From an uncultured Chloroflexia bacterium (GTDB lineage: Bacteria > Chloroflexota > Limnocylindria > Limnocylindrales > CSP1-4), in NCBI GenBank assembly GCA_963713975.1, contig OY970218.1, positions 704,001 to 768,000 of the forward strand: a stretch of 64,000 nucleotides of DNA, in the 5' to 3' direction. The position numbers were made by a program, and so were the translations under genes. Shown one piece after another: positions 8,407 through 17,914 of the stretch (its first letter is position 1; each line of letters opens with the position of its first letter). The notes under the pieces are model-generated. The model did not search any database and had not been told where the DNA came from. It saw only the letters and a program-made list of their open reading frames with translations.

Positions 8407-9704
8407 GCGCCGCCATCACGCCGACCGGGCTCCAGGACGCGGTCGAGGCGCCGCCGGCCAGCGACGGCACGGCCGGCCGTCGACCCAGGCGAGCGTTCCT
8501 CCTCTGGGTGGCCCTGCTCGTCGGCCTGATGGTCGCCGGCATCGCGGCCTTCGCCTACCAGTTCCAGAACGGCCTGATCGTCACCGGCATGCGCAACACC
8601 GTGATGTGGGGCCAGTACATCCTGTTCTTCATGTTCTTCGTCGGTCTCTCGGCCGGCGGCCTCATCGTCGCGTCGGCCGGGCGCCTGTTCGGCGTCAAGG
8701 CCTTCAAGCCGATCACGCGCCTCGCGGTCCTCGAGGCGACCGTCGCCGTCATCCTCGCGGCCGTCTTCATCCTCCCCGACCTGGGGCGCCCGGAGCGGAT
8801 CCTCAACATCCCGCTCTACTTCAACCCCACCTCCCCGATGGTCTGGGACATCGCGATCGTCATGGTCTACATGACGATGTCGACCTTCTACGTCTGGCTC
8901 TACGCCCGGGCGGACCTGGCCCGGCGTGGCTCGTGGCTGGCCTTCGGCAGCGGGACCTCAGAGCGCACCATGGCCCGTGAGGAGCGGGCGAAGACGGTCA
9001 TGGCCTGGGTGGCGCTCCCGGCCGCCATCATGCTCCACTCAATCACGGCCTGGATCTTCGGCCTCCAGATCGGCCGCGGCTTCTGGTACAGCTCGATCAT
9101 GGCGCCGATGTTCATCGCCTCGGCCCTCGTGTCGGGGATGGGGCTGGTGATCCTGCTGGCGCTGGTGCTCCGCCGCCTGCGGCGGTTGTCCTTCGACAAC
9201 AGCCTGGTGGCGCTGTTGGGCGGCCTCCTGGGCGTGTTCATCGTGGTCGAGGGGTTCCTGCTCCTCGCGGAATACCTCACCGCGAGCTACCCGGGCGCGC
9301 CCGAGGGAGAGGCGGCGGCCCGCATGCTGGCTGGACCGTATCTGCCGCTGTTCCTGTTCGAGGTCGGGGGCGGGCTGGTCGTGCCGTTCCTGATCCTGGC
9401 GATCCGGCCCCTGCGCAACAACCCGCGCTGGGTGGCGCTCGCATCCGTGATCGCCATCGTGGGCATCTTCTCCCACCGCCTCAACCTGGTCCTCAACGGG
9501 CTCTCGGTACCGAACATCAAGCTGCCACCGGGACTCCCCATCGGGGTGGCACAGGACGATCCGGCGTCGTCGTTCGCGATGTACTACTGGTATGTGCCAA
9601 CCGTCATCGAGTGGCTCGTCGTGATCGGCGTGCTGGCGTTCGGGGCCCTCCTGTTCACGCTGCTCGCGCGATTCCTGCCGATGCAGGAGCCCGCGGCTCA
9701 CTGA
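8403..9704 (+). CDS. NrfD/PsrC-like membrane anchor / quinol-interacting subunit
   Basis: About 10 TM segments; VTGMRN..WG.YI, DLGRPER and SPMVWD motifs; GTGA overlap with the upstream gene. Confidence 0.88.
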   Translation: MSAAITPTGLQDAVEAPPASDGTAGRRPRRAFLLWVALLVGLMVAGIAAFAYQFQNGLIVTGMRNTVMWGQYILFFMFFVGLSAGGLIVASAGRLFGVKAFKPITRLAVLEATVAVILAAVFILPDLGRPERILNIPLYFNPTSPMVWDIAIVMVYMTMSTFYVWLYARADLARRGSWLAFGSGTSERTMAREERAKTVMAWVALPAAIMLHSITAWIFGLQIGRGFWYSSIMAPMFIASALVSGMGLVILLALVLRRLRRLSFDNSLVALLGGLLGVFIVVEGFLLLAEYLTASYPGAPEGEAAARMLAGPYLPLFLFEVGGGLVVPFLILAIRPLRNNPRWVALASVIAIVGIFSHRLNLVLNGLSVPNIKLPPGLPIGVAQDDPASSFAMYYWYVPTVIEWLVVIGVLAFGALLFTLLARFLPMQEPAAH

Positions 9705-9782
9705 ACCGCTGGTCCGCCGGAATGCCCGTTGGGGTCGGCGGCGAGGCAGGCGCCCGGCGGTCGGGCGCGGCGGGCCCGGCGG

Positions 9783-10394
9783 TCATCCGCCGCGCGCGCT
9801 CCCCCAGCGCCACTGGATGGAGCCCGTGTAGCAGTGATCCAGGTACTCGCACAGCGCCCGGGACATGTCCCATGTGCGCCCGGCGACATACGGCCCACGA
9901 TCGATGACGGGGACGGTGACCTGGCGGCCGTTCGCCGGGTTCCTGAAGGTCACCCGGGTGCCGCACGGCAGGCTCCGGTGCGCCACCCCCATGATCGTCC
10001 GCGAGTAGGCCTGGCCGCACGCGGTCCCGGAACCGTAGAAGCCGGGGCCGTACCAGCTGATGTCCGGGTCAAAGCGCCAGGTGTTCTTCCGCTGGACGCG
10101 CGCCTTCTGGGTCCGCTGCCGCACGACGGGCCGGGCGGTTGGCGCAGGGCTCGTGTCCGGCTCGAGCATCGGCGAATCGGGCCCCAGCCGTCCGGCTGAG
10201 CCCGTCTCCTGGTCACGTCGGGGAATCGCCGTCGCCGTCGAACCGACGGGCAGCGCGATCGTGACGGCCGTCAAGGCGGCCGCGTCGATCGTCCGGGCGG
10301 AGCTCGGGGCACTCGAGCCCGCTGGTTCTGGTACGGCGACCAGGGCGGACGCGGCCATGAGAGCCGCGAACGCGACGATGATCCTGGTTCGCAC
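9783..10394 (-). CDS. RlpA-like double-psi beta-barrel secreted protein
   Basis: Signal peptide, then SWYGPGFYG..TACG, VAHRSLPCGT and VPVIDRGPY. Start approximate. Confidence 0.85.
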   Translation of the reverse strand: MRTRIIVAFAALMAASALVAVPEPAGSSAPSSARTIDAAALTAVTIALPVGSTATAIPRRDQETGSAGRLGPDSPMLEPDTSPAPTARPVVRQRTQKARVQRKNTWRFDPDISWYGPGFYGSGTACGQAYSRTIMGVAHRSLPCGTRVTFRNPANGRQVTVPVIDRGPYVAGRTWDMSRALCEYLDHCYTGSIQWRWGSARGG

Positions 10395-10483
10395 GATGCC
10401 CGCGCAGGGTACCGGGCACGGGCAAGGTGCGCCAGCACGCACCAGCGCCGGCCCGTTCCCGTCGCCACGCTAGGCTGGCCGGC

Positions 10484-11440
10484 GTGACGAACGATAGGGT
10501 GGCGACGACCCCGGACGGCGAGCGAGTCCTCGACGTGACGGTGCCCCTGGACCTGCGCCTGACCCTTGGCATCCACCAGCGGGGCGCGGCCGATCCGGCC
10601 ATGCGGTTCGAGGTGTCGGGCTCGGCCTGGCGTGCCACGCGCACGCCGCAGGGGCCCGTGACGCTGCTCGTGGAGGCGCGTTCGGGTGGTGTCCGCGCCC
10701 GGGCGTGGGGTCCGGGCTCCGGCTGGACCCTGGACCACCTCGGTGACCTGCTCGGACTCGACGACGATCCCGCCGCGCTTGTCCCACGCCACGAGGTGGT
10801 GGCCGTGGCCGCACGACGCGCCCACGGGCTCCGGTTCGGGTGGAGCGGGGCCGTCCTGGAAGCGCTCGTTCCTGCGATCCTGGAGCAGAAGGTGACGGGC
10901 GATGAGGCCCGGCGGACCTATCGCGGGCTGATCGCGAACTACGGGGAGGCCGCCCCGGGCGGGTTCGGGCTCCGGCTCCAGCCGACGGCGGATGTGCTGG
11001 CGGCCATCCCGTACCACGCGTTCCATCCTTTGGGACTGGAGCGACGGCGGGCCGAGCTTGTCCGGGCGGTCTGCCGCGACGCCGCGCGCCTCGAGCGCCT
11101 GGGCAGCGTCGCCGCAGGCACGACTGCCGACCCCACGGCACGGGCGGCCGCCTATGCCGCGCTGCGGGCCGTTCCGGGGATCGGACCATGGACCGCGGCC
11201 GAGGTCGGCGCGCGAGCATTCGGGGATCCGGACTCGGTCAGCATCGGTGACTTCCACCTCCCGAACATGGTGGCGTGGGCGCTGGCGGGCGAGCTTCGTG
11301 GATCGGACGAGCGCATGCTGGAGCTGCTCGAGCCGTACCGGGGCCAGCGCGGCCGGGTGATCCGCCTGCTCGAGCTGAGCGGCGCCAGGGCGCCCCGCCG
11401 CGGCCCGCGACTGGTGCCCCGGCGCATCGCGAACCTGTAG
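10484..11440 (+). CDS. AlkA-like HhH-GPD DNA glycosylase (3-methyladenine glycosylase II family)
   Basis: ILEQKVT, HhH motif VPGIGPWTA and GDFHLP. Confidence 0.85.
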   Translation: MTNDRVATTPDGERVLDVTVPLDLRLTLGIHQRGAADPAMRFEVSGSAWRATRTPQGPVTLLVEARSGGVRARAWGPGSGWTLDHLGDLLGLDDDPAALVPRHEVVAVAARRAHGLRFGWSGAVLEALVPAILEQKVTGDEARRTYRGLIANYGEAAPGGFGLRLQPTADVLAAIPYHAFHPLGLERRRAELVRAVCRDAARLERLGSVAAGTTADPTARAAAYAALRAVPGIGPWTAAEVGARAFGDPDSVSIGDFHLPNMVAWALAGELRGSDERMLELLEPYRGQRGRVIRLLELSGARAPRRGPRLVPRRIANL

Positions 11441-11607
11441 TCGGGCCGAGCGGCCATAGGCCGTTCTTGGGTCCCGGCGGTACCCTGACGGTCACGGGGA
11501 CTGCAGTAGGGCTCGCCCGCGACCCGGCCGGGCCCCTTAGCGTGGCAATCGAACGAGGTCCGGGCCGGCGCTCAGACGCCGGGCGTCCCAGAGGGGTGGG
11601 ATCTGGA

Positions 11608-14600
11608 ATGGCGACACACGCACGCATGGTCGGCCTGCTGAGCGCGGTCCTCGCGTTCGCGCTGGCGGGTCCGTTGCCCGCCTCGGCTGCCACCCCGGTG
11701 GCGCCGGCGCCGGTCGAGGCCGCGGCAATGGACTCCCCCGCCGCCAATCCTGCCGACCAGGCCACACCTGCAGCCGCCTCGCCCGTCCAGGCAAACACCG
11801 ACGGCCGCACCGTGGCGGCGGTCCGGCCCACGGTGATCGATGTCCTTGCCAACGATGGTCCGGGGGCCGCCGGCCCGACGCGACCGCTGACGATCACGTC
11901 GGTCAAGCAGGACCCCGAGGTGATCCTTGGCAGCGTGACCACGGACGGGAGCACCGTCGTCTACAACCCGTACGGCTGCAACACGGGCATCGACCTGTTC
12001 AGCTATGAGATGACCGACGGCACCACCTCGGACACGGGCACCGTCGCGGTCACCATCGCCCGACCGGCCTCCATCCCCGTGACGGACATCCCGCAGCTGG
12101 GGTTCGTGAAGGGCGCCACGATCGGCAAGACCGTGCCGATGCGGCTGTCCTGGTGCGGGGTCGCCGCGACCTCCGCGTCGGTCAAGGGCTACCGCATCAC
12201 GCAGAGCACCAACGGGGGCGCCAGCTACCCCACGGTGGTCAAGAGCGCGACGACGGCTACGTCGAGCACCCGCGGCCTGGCCACGAGCCGGACGTACGCC
12301 TGGCTCGTCCGCACCACCGACAGCAAGGGCCGGACCGGGGCGTATACGCCGTCGCTCACCTCGCGCCTCACGCGCTACCAGGAGAACAGCTCCAGGATCT
12401 CCTACTCGTCCGGCTGGAAGACGTCATCGAACTCACGCTACTCGGGCAAGAAGGAACGCTACACGAGCAAGGCGGGCGCCACGGCCACCATCACGGTGAC
12501 CAATGTTCGCGCGTTCGCGATCGTGGCCTCGAAGGCGCGAGGCCGCGGCAGCTTCCACGTCTACGTCGACGGCGTCCGCGTCACCTCGGCGGCGATCAGC
12601 GAGAAGCGATCAAAGACCCAGTGGCGGAAGGTCCTGTACGTGCGCGGCCTCAGCAGCGGGGCCGGTGTCTCGCACCGGATCGTGGTCAAGGCCGTCGGCA
12701 ACGGCCGCATCGACCTCGACGCCATCCTCACCCTGTCCGGCAAGCGGGACCAGGCCATCAGCTTTGCATCGGCCGCACCAGCGAATGCCACGGTCAACGG
12801 GTCGTCCCACGCCGTCACCGCGAGCGCCGCGAGCGGACTTCCGACGACGCTGTCACTGACCTCGGCGTCCTGGGGTGCCTGTGCGCTCGCGGGCGGGATC
12901 GTCAGCTTCCACGGCGTGGGCACCTGCACGGTCAAGGCGACCCAGCCGGGTGACCAGACGTGGAATGCCGCGTCGGGCCAGCAGACGTTTGGCGTCGCGG
13001 GCATGCCACAGGCCATCACCTTCGGGGGGCTCACGGCGAAGACCTACGGCAGCGGTGCCTTCACCGTGGCCGCCACCGGCGGGGCCTCGGGCAACCCTGT
13101 CACGTTCGGCTCCCAGAGCTCCGGCGTCTGCTCCGTGTCCGGGACCACGGTCAGCCTCGTGGCGGCCGGGACGTGCACCGTGCGCGCCACGCAGGCGGGC
13201 TCCACGCAATATGCCGCCGCCACGCCGGTCGATCGCTCGTTCACCGTCGCGCCCAAGGTGCTCACCGTCATCGGGATCACCGCCATCGGCAGGGACTACA
13301 ACGGCACGACGGCCGCCTCGCTCATCACGGGCCCCGCGGTGCTGGTGGGCGTCGTGGGATCCGACAGCGTCACCCTCAACACGGCGGGCGCCACCGGCAC
13401 CTTCACCCCCGACGCCAACGTCGGCGACGACAAGACGGTCCTGGTCAGCGGTCTCGCGCTGGGTGGCACCAAGGCCGCCAGCTACACCCTCACCCAGCCC
13501 ACGACCACCGCGTCGATCGCGAAGGCGGGCCAGGTCATCACGTTCACGACGACAAAGCCTGGCTTCGCGGTCAAGGATGGCCCGACCTACACGGTCGGGG
13601 CCGCGTCCACCAGTGACCTCGCGGTCACGATCACCGTCGATCCGGCATCGGCGAGCGTGTGCACGCTCGTGGGCAACGTCGTGACCTTCGTGGACTCGGG
13701 ACAATGCCAGCTCGACGCCGATCAGCCGGGCAATGGGAACTGGAACCCGGCATCGACGGAGTTCCAGGCGATCTCGGTGGCATCGACCGGCACCACACCG
13801 CAGACCATCACGTTCGGCGCCCTCGCGAATGCCACGTACGGCACCGCGGATGTGCCCCTGGCCGCCTCTGCCTCGAGCGGCCTGCCGGTCACGCTCACCT
13901 CGCTGACGACCAGCGTGTGCACCGTTGCCGGCAACGCAGCGACCGTCGTGGCTGCGGGCACATGCCAGATCCAGGCTGGCCAGGCCGGCGACCCGACGTG
14001 GCTGCCGGCACCTGATGTCACGCGCTCGTTCACCGTCGCGCCCAAGCTGCTCACCGTCATCGGGATCACCGCCATCGGCAGGGACTACAACGGCACGACG
14101 GCCGCCTCGCTCATCACGGGCCCCGCGGTGCTGGTGGGCGTCGTGGGATCCGACAGCGTCACCCTCAACACGGCGGGCGCCACCGGCACCTTCACCCCCG
14201 ACGCCAACGTCGGCGACGACAAGACGGTCCTGGTCAGCGGTCTCGCGCTGGGTGGCACCAAGGCCGCCAGCTACACCCTCACCCAGCCCACGACCACCGC
14301 GTCGATCGCGAAGGCAAACCTCACGGTCACCGCGGCCAACAAGGCCATCATCTACGGCCAGTCCGATCCCACGTTCACGTTCACCTACGGGTCATTCGTC
14401 AACGGCGAGACCGCGACGGTCGTCGACACGCCCCCCAGCTGCGGCGTCACGGGTGCCCACACTGATGTCGCCGGCAGCCCGTATGCCATCGACTGCTCCG
14501 GCGGCGCGGACAACAACTACCAGTTCGCCCCCGTGGCCGGAACGCTGACCATCACCCCGAAGCCGCTCACCGTCACCTTCACGGCTGCCAACAGGCCGTA

Positions 14601-16626
14601 CGACGCGACGACCGCGGCGGCCATCACCGGCTGCTCCGCGGCGGTCATCGAGTCCGGCGACGCGGTGACTTGCTCCCACGCAGGAGCCACCGCGAGCTTC
14701 GCCACGGCGGCGGCGGGGATCGACAAGGCCGTCACGGGCACCGGCTTCGCCCTCGCGGGCGCCGATGCCGGCAACTACTCGCTCGGCCCCGTGAACCCGA
14801 CGACGGCCACGATCCACAAGGCGAACGCGATCTGCACGATCACGGGCTACAGCGTCACCTACAACGGCAGCCCGCACACGGCCACCGGCACCTGCCTGGG
14901 CGTCCAGGCCGAGACGCTGGCGGGACTGGTGCTGACCGGAACCATCCACACCAACGCCGGCACGTACCTCGCCGACCCGTGGACGTTCACGGACGTCACC
15001 GGCAACTACAACGACACCGTCGACACGGTGGTGGACAGCATCGCCAAGGCCAGCCAGGAGATCAGCATCACCTCGACGGCGCCGACGGGTGCCACCGTGG
15101 GTGGGCCCACCTACACCGTCACCGCGACCGGCGGCGCCTCGGGCAACGCGGTCACGTTCACGATCGCGGGGGCATCGTCCTCCGTGTGCTCAATCAGCGG
15201 GAGCCTGGTGAGCTTCCTCGCCGCGGGCACCTGCACGATCCAGGCCAACCAGGCGGGCAATGCCAACTACGACGCTGCGCCACAGACCATTCAGGACGTG
15301 GCGGTTGGCCTCAACGCACAGACCATCACGTTCGGTGCGCTCGGCGCCAGGACGTACGGCGACGCGCCGTTCACGGTCTCGGCTTCGGCCAGCAGCACCC
15401 TCCCGGTGTCGTTCGGCTCACAGACCCCCGGCGTGTGCACGGTCGGCGGCACGACGGTCACCGTCCTCGCCGCGGGCGACTGCACCATCCGGGCCACCCA
15501 GGGCGGCAACGGCACCTACGCGGCCGCCCCATTCGTAGACCGGACGTTCACGGTGGCCAAGGCCAGCCAGGAGATCAGCATCACCTCGACGGCGCCGACG
15601 GGTGCCACCGTGGGTGGGCCCACCTACACCGTCACCGCGACCGGCGGCGCCTCGGGCAACGCGGTCACGTTCACGATCGCGGGGGCATCGTCCTCCGTGT
15701 GCTCAATCAGCGGGAGCCTGGTGAGCTTCCTCGCCGCGGGCACCTGCACGATCCAGGCCAACCAGGCGGGCAATGCCAACTACGACGCTGCGCCACAGAC
15801 CATTCAGGACGTGGCGGTTGGCCTCAACGCACAGACCATCACGTTCGGTGCGCTCGGCGCCAGGACGTACGGCGACGCGCCGTTCACGGTCTCGGCTTCG
15901 GCCAGCAGCACCCTCCCGGTGTCGTTCGGCTCACAGACCCCCGGCGTGTGCACGGTCGGCGGCACGACGGTCACCGTCCTCGCCGCGGGCGACTGCACCA
16001 TCCGGGCCACCCAGGGCGGCAACGGCACCTACGCGGCCGCCCCATTCGTAGACCGGACGTTCACGGTGGCCAAGCGTGCCATCACCGTGACGGCAGCCAC
16101 CGACTCCAAGGTCGCCGACGGCACCACGGACTCCTCGGCCACCCCGATGATCACGTCCGGCAGCCTGGCGTCCGGCGACACCGACGACTTCACCCAGGCC
16201 TTCGACACGCCCGCCGCCGGCACCGGCAAGACGCTCACCCCAACGGGGACGGTGATGCGTGGCGCCACGGACATGGCCACCAGCTACCTGGTCACCTGGG
16301 CCAACGCCACCGGCACGATCACGCCCGCCGCCGCGTCGCTCTCGACGTCGACGATCATCGCCAACCCGGCGTCGATCACGGCGGACGGGATCGCCACGTC
16401 CACGATCACGGTCCGGCTGAAGGACCAATACGGGAACGACCTGGTGGCGAGCGGCGGCGCCGTCACGCTGGCGGCGACCGCAGGCACGCTCGATCCCGTC
16501 ACCGACAACGGCGACGGCACCTACACCGCGACGTACACGAGCGACACCACACCCGGAGCCGTGACGATCACGGGCAAGCTCGACGGCATCGACCTCGTCG
16601 ATGACGCGACGATCACCCTGACCTAG
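11608..16626 (+). CDS. Large secreted repeat surface protein/adhesin (Ig-like, YDG and MBG-like repeats, invasin/Big_1-like C-terminus)
   Basis: Signal peptide, Thr/Gly/Ala-rich beta repeats QTITF...C...GTC.I.A.Q.G, YNGTTAA/YDATTAA units and a C-terminal SITADG..ITVRLKDQYGN..DNGDGTYTA. Confidence 0.82.
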   Translation: MATHARMVGLLSAVLAFALAGPLPASAATPVAPAPVEAAAMDSPAANPADQATPAAASPVQANTDGRTVAAVRPTVIDVLANDGPGAAGPTRPLTITSVKQDPEVILGSVTTDGSTVVYNPYGCNTGIDLFSYEMTDGTTSDTGTVAVTIARPASIPVTDIPQLGFVKGATIGKTVPMRLSWCGVAATSASVKGYRITQSTNGGASYPTVVKSATTATSSTRGLATSRTYAWLVRTTDSKGRTGAYTPSLTSRLTRYQENSSRISYSSGWKTSSNSRYSGKKERYTSKAGATATITVTNVRAFAIVASKARGRGSFHVYVDGVRVTSAAISEKRSKTQWRKVLYVRGLSSGAGVSHRIVVKAVGNGRIDLDAILTLSGKRDQAISFASAAPANATVNGSSHAVTASAASGLPTTLSLTSASWGACALAGGIVSFHGVGTCTVKATQPGDQTWNAASGQQTFGVAGMPQAITFGGLTAKTYGSGAFTVAATGGASGNPVTFGSQSSGVCSVSGTTVSLVAAGTCTVRATQAGSTQYAAATPVDRSFTVAPKVLTVIGITAIGRDYNGTTAASLITGPAVLVGVVGSDSVTLNTAGATGTFTPDANVGDDKTVLVSGLALGGTKAASYTLTQPTTTASIAKAGQVITFTTTKPGFAVKDGPTYTVGAASTSDLAVTITVDPASASVCTLVGNVVTFVDSGQCQLDADQPGNGNWNPASTEFQAISVASTGTTPQTITFGALANATYGTADVPLAASASSGLPVTLTSLTTSVCTVAGNAATVVAAGTCQIQAGQAGDPTWLPAPDVTRSFTVAPKLLTVIGITAIGRDYNGTTAASLITGPAVLVGVVGSDSVTLNTAGATGTFTPDANVGDDKTVLVSGLALGGTKAASYTLTQPTTTASIAKANLTVTAANKAIIYGQSDPTFTFTYGSFVNGETATVVDTPPSCGVTGAHTDVAGSPYAIDCSGGADNNYQFAPVAGTLTITPKPLTVTFTAANRPYDATTAAAITGCSAAVIESGDAVTCSHAGATASFATAAAGIDKAVTGTGFALAGADAGNYSLGPVNPTTATIHKANAICTITGYSVTYNGSPHTATGTCLGVQAETLAGLVLTGTIHTNAGTYLADPWTFTDVTGNYNDTVDTVVDSIAKASQEISITSTAPTGATVGGPTYTVTATGGASGNAVTFTIAGASSSVCSISGSLVSFLAAGTCTIQANQAGNANYDAAPQTIQDVAVGLNAQTITFGALGARTYGDAPFTVSASASSTLPVSFGSQTPGVCTVGGTTVTVLAAGDCTIRATQGGNGTYAAAPFVDRTFTVAKASQEISITSTAPTGATVGGPTYTVTATGGASGNAVTFTIAGASSSVCSISGSLVSFLAAGTCTIQANQAGNANYDAAPQTIQDVAVGLNAQTITFGALGARTYGDAPFTVSASASSTLPVSFGSQTPGVCTVGGTTVTVLAAGDCTIRATQGGNGTYAAAPFVDRTFTVAKRAITVTAATDSKVADGTTDSSATPMITSGSLASGDTDDFTQAFDTPAAGTGKTLTPTGTVMRGATDMATSYLVTWANATGTITPAAASLSTSTIIANPASITADGIATSTITVRLKDQYGNDLVASGGAVTLAATAGTLDPVTDNGDGTYTATYTSDTTPGAVTITGKLDGIDLVDDATITLT
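13234..14315 (+). repeat. Dispersed intragenic direct repeat: ~293 bp at 13234-13526 and 14023-14315
   Basis: Offset 789 bp, in frame. The only difference I saw was AAGGTG vs AAGCTG. Confidence 0.9.
15043..16074 (+). repeat. Tandem intragenic duplication, 2 x 513 bp
   Basis: Units start at 15043 and 15556. Identical alternative-frame ORFs appear in the track at 15260/15773 and 15291/15804 (offset 513). Confidence 0.95.
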
Positions 16627-16639
16627 CCGCGCGCGGAGG

Positions 16640-17872
16640 TCAGCCCGCGACGGCCTCCTCGCGCATCCCCCATGGCGACCCGTACTCGACCAGCAGGTCA
16701 AGGTAGGCCCTGGGCTCGAACGCCTCTGGGCCCAGCACGCCCTTGCCGGACCACGTGCCCCGGGCCAGCAGCTCCAGCCCCACGACCGGGTTGATCGCCG
16801 TCTGCCAGACCACCGCCTGGGACCCGTACTCCTGCCACGACCAGTCGCTGTCCACCACGTGGTACAGGTACACGGCCCGGGGGTTCCCGTCCTTGCCCTT
16901 GCCGGTCACCCACGTGCCGGCACACGTCTTGCCGTGCATCTTGGCGCCCAGGCCCGCCGGGTCGGGGAGGCAGGCCGCCACGACGTCCCGCGGCGAGACC
17001 GCAATGCCCTTCACGTCCACCGGGTCCGTCCTGTCGAGCCCGAGCGCGTGCAGGACCTTGAGCACGTTGATGAACTCGTCGCCAAGGCCGTACTTGAAGG
17101 TGACCCGCTTGGCCTTCACCCAGCGCGGGATGAGGAGCACCTCCTCGTGCTCGACGTTGACGCACTCGACGGGGCCGATGCCGCCGGGGAAGTCGAACGT
17201 CTCGGGCTCCGAGAATGGCGGCGTGGTGAACCAGCCGCGTCCCTCCTCCCAGATCACCGGCGGGTTGAGGCACTCCTCGATCGTCGTCCAGATCGAGAAC
17301 GACGGCGCGAACTCGTAGCCGTCCACGGTCAGGTTGGCACCGTCCCGCACACCTGCCTCATCGATCTCGCTGAACAGCTCGTCCTGCGCGTAGCGGGCGA
17401 AGATGTCCGAGAGACCGGGCTCCACGCCCAGGCCAACGAGGGCGAGGCGGCCGGCGGCCTCCCAGTCCGCGGCCTTCGCGAACTGCCGGTCACCCAGCTT
17501 CTCACCACTCTCCTCGAACGGGCGCTCTGGGTGCGGCCTGGACAGCGACATGGCCATGTCCATGTAGTCCGCGCCGGCCTCGTAGCAGGCGTCGAAGATG
17601 GGCATCACGAAGCGCGGGTCCACCGCGTTGAGGACGTGGGTGGCGCCATGCTCGCGAATGAGGGCGACGATCGCACCCACGTCCGAGGCATCCACGCGGG
17701 CCCCGGAGAAGCGGCCGTCGTCCTCGACCTGGGCGAGCGCATGCTCGACGCGGGCCGGGTCGTAGTCCGCGACCACCATGTGCTCGAAGAAGTCGCGCCG
17801 CGCGGCGATCGCCACCGCTGCCGTACCGACGCCACCTGCGCCGATCACCAGGACCCGCATCTGAGTGGTCAC
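16640..17872 (-). CDS. Saccharopine dehydrogenase-family oxidoreductase (carboxyspermidine dehydrogenase-like)
   Basis: Rossmann GAGGVG, YMDMA, GLGVEPG, VEHEEV and GVLGPE motifs. Confidence 0.82.
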   Translation of the reverse strand: MTTQMRVLVIGAGGVGTAAVAIAARRDFFEHMVVADYDPARVEHALAQVEDDGRFSGARVDASDVGAIVALIREHGATHVLNAVDPRFVMPIFDACYEAGADYMDMAMSLSRPHPERPFEESGEKLGDRQFAKAADWEAAGRLALVGLGVEPGLSDIFARYAQDELFSEIDEAGVRDGANLTVDGYEFAPSFSIWTTIEECLNPPVIWEEGRGWFTTPPFSEPETFDFPGGIGPVECVNVEHEEVLLIPRWVKAKRVTFKYGLGDEFINVLKVLHALGLDRTDPVDVKGIAVSPRDVVAACLPDPAGLGAKMHGKTCAGTWVTGKGKDGNPRAVYLYHVVDSDWSWQEYGSQAVVWQTAINPVVGLELLARGTWSGKGVLGPEAFEPRAYLDLLVEYGSPWGMREEAVAG

Positions 17873-17914
17873 CTCTGCCTCCCGTTCACTCTGCTCACCT
17901 TGATCGCGGCCGGA

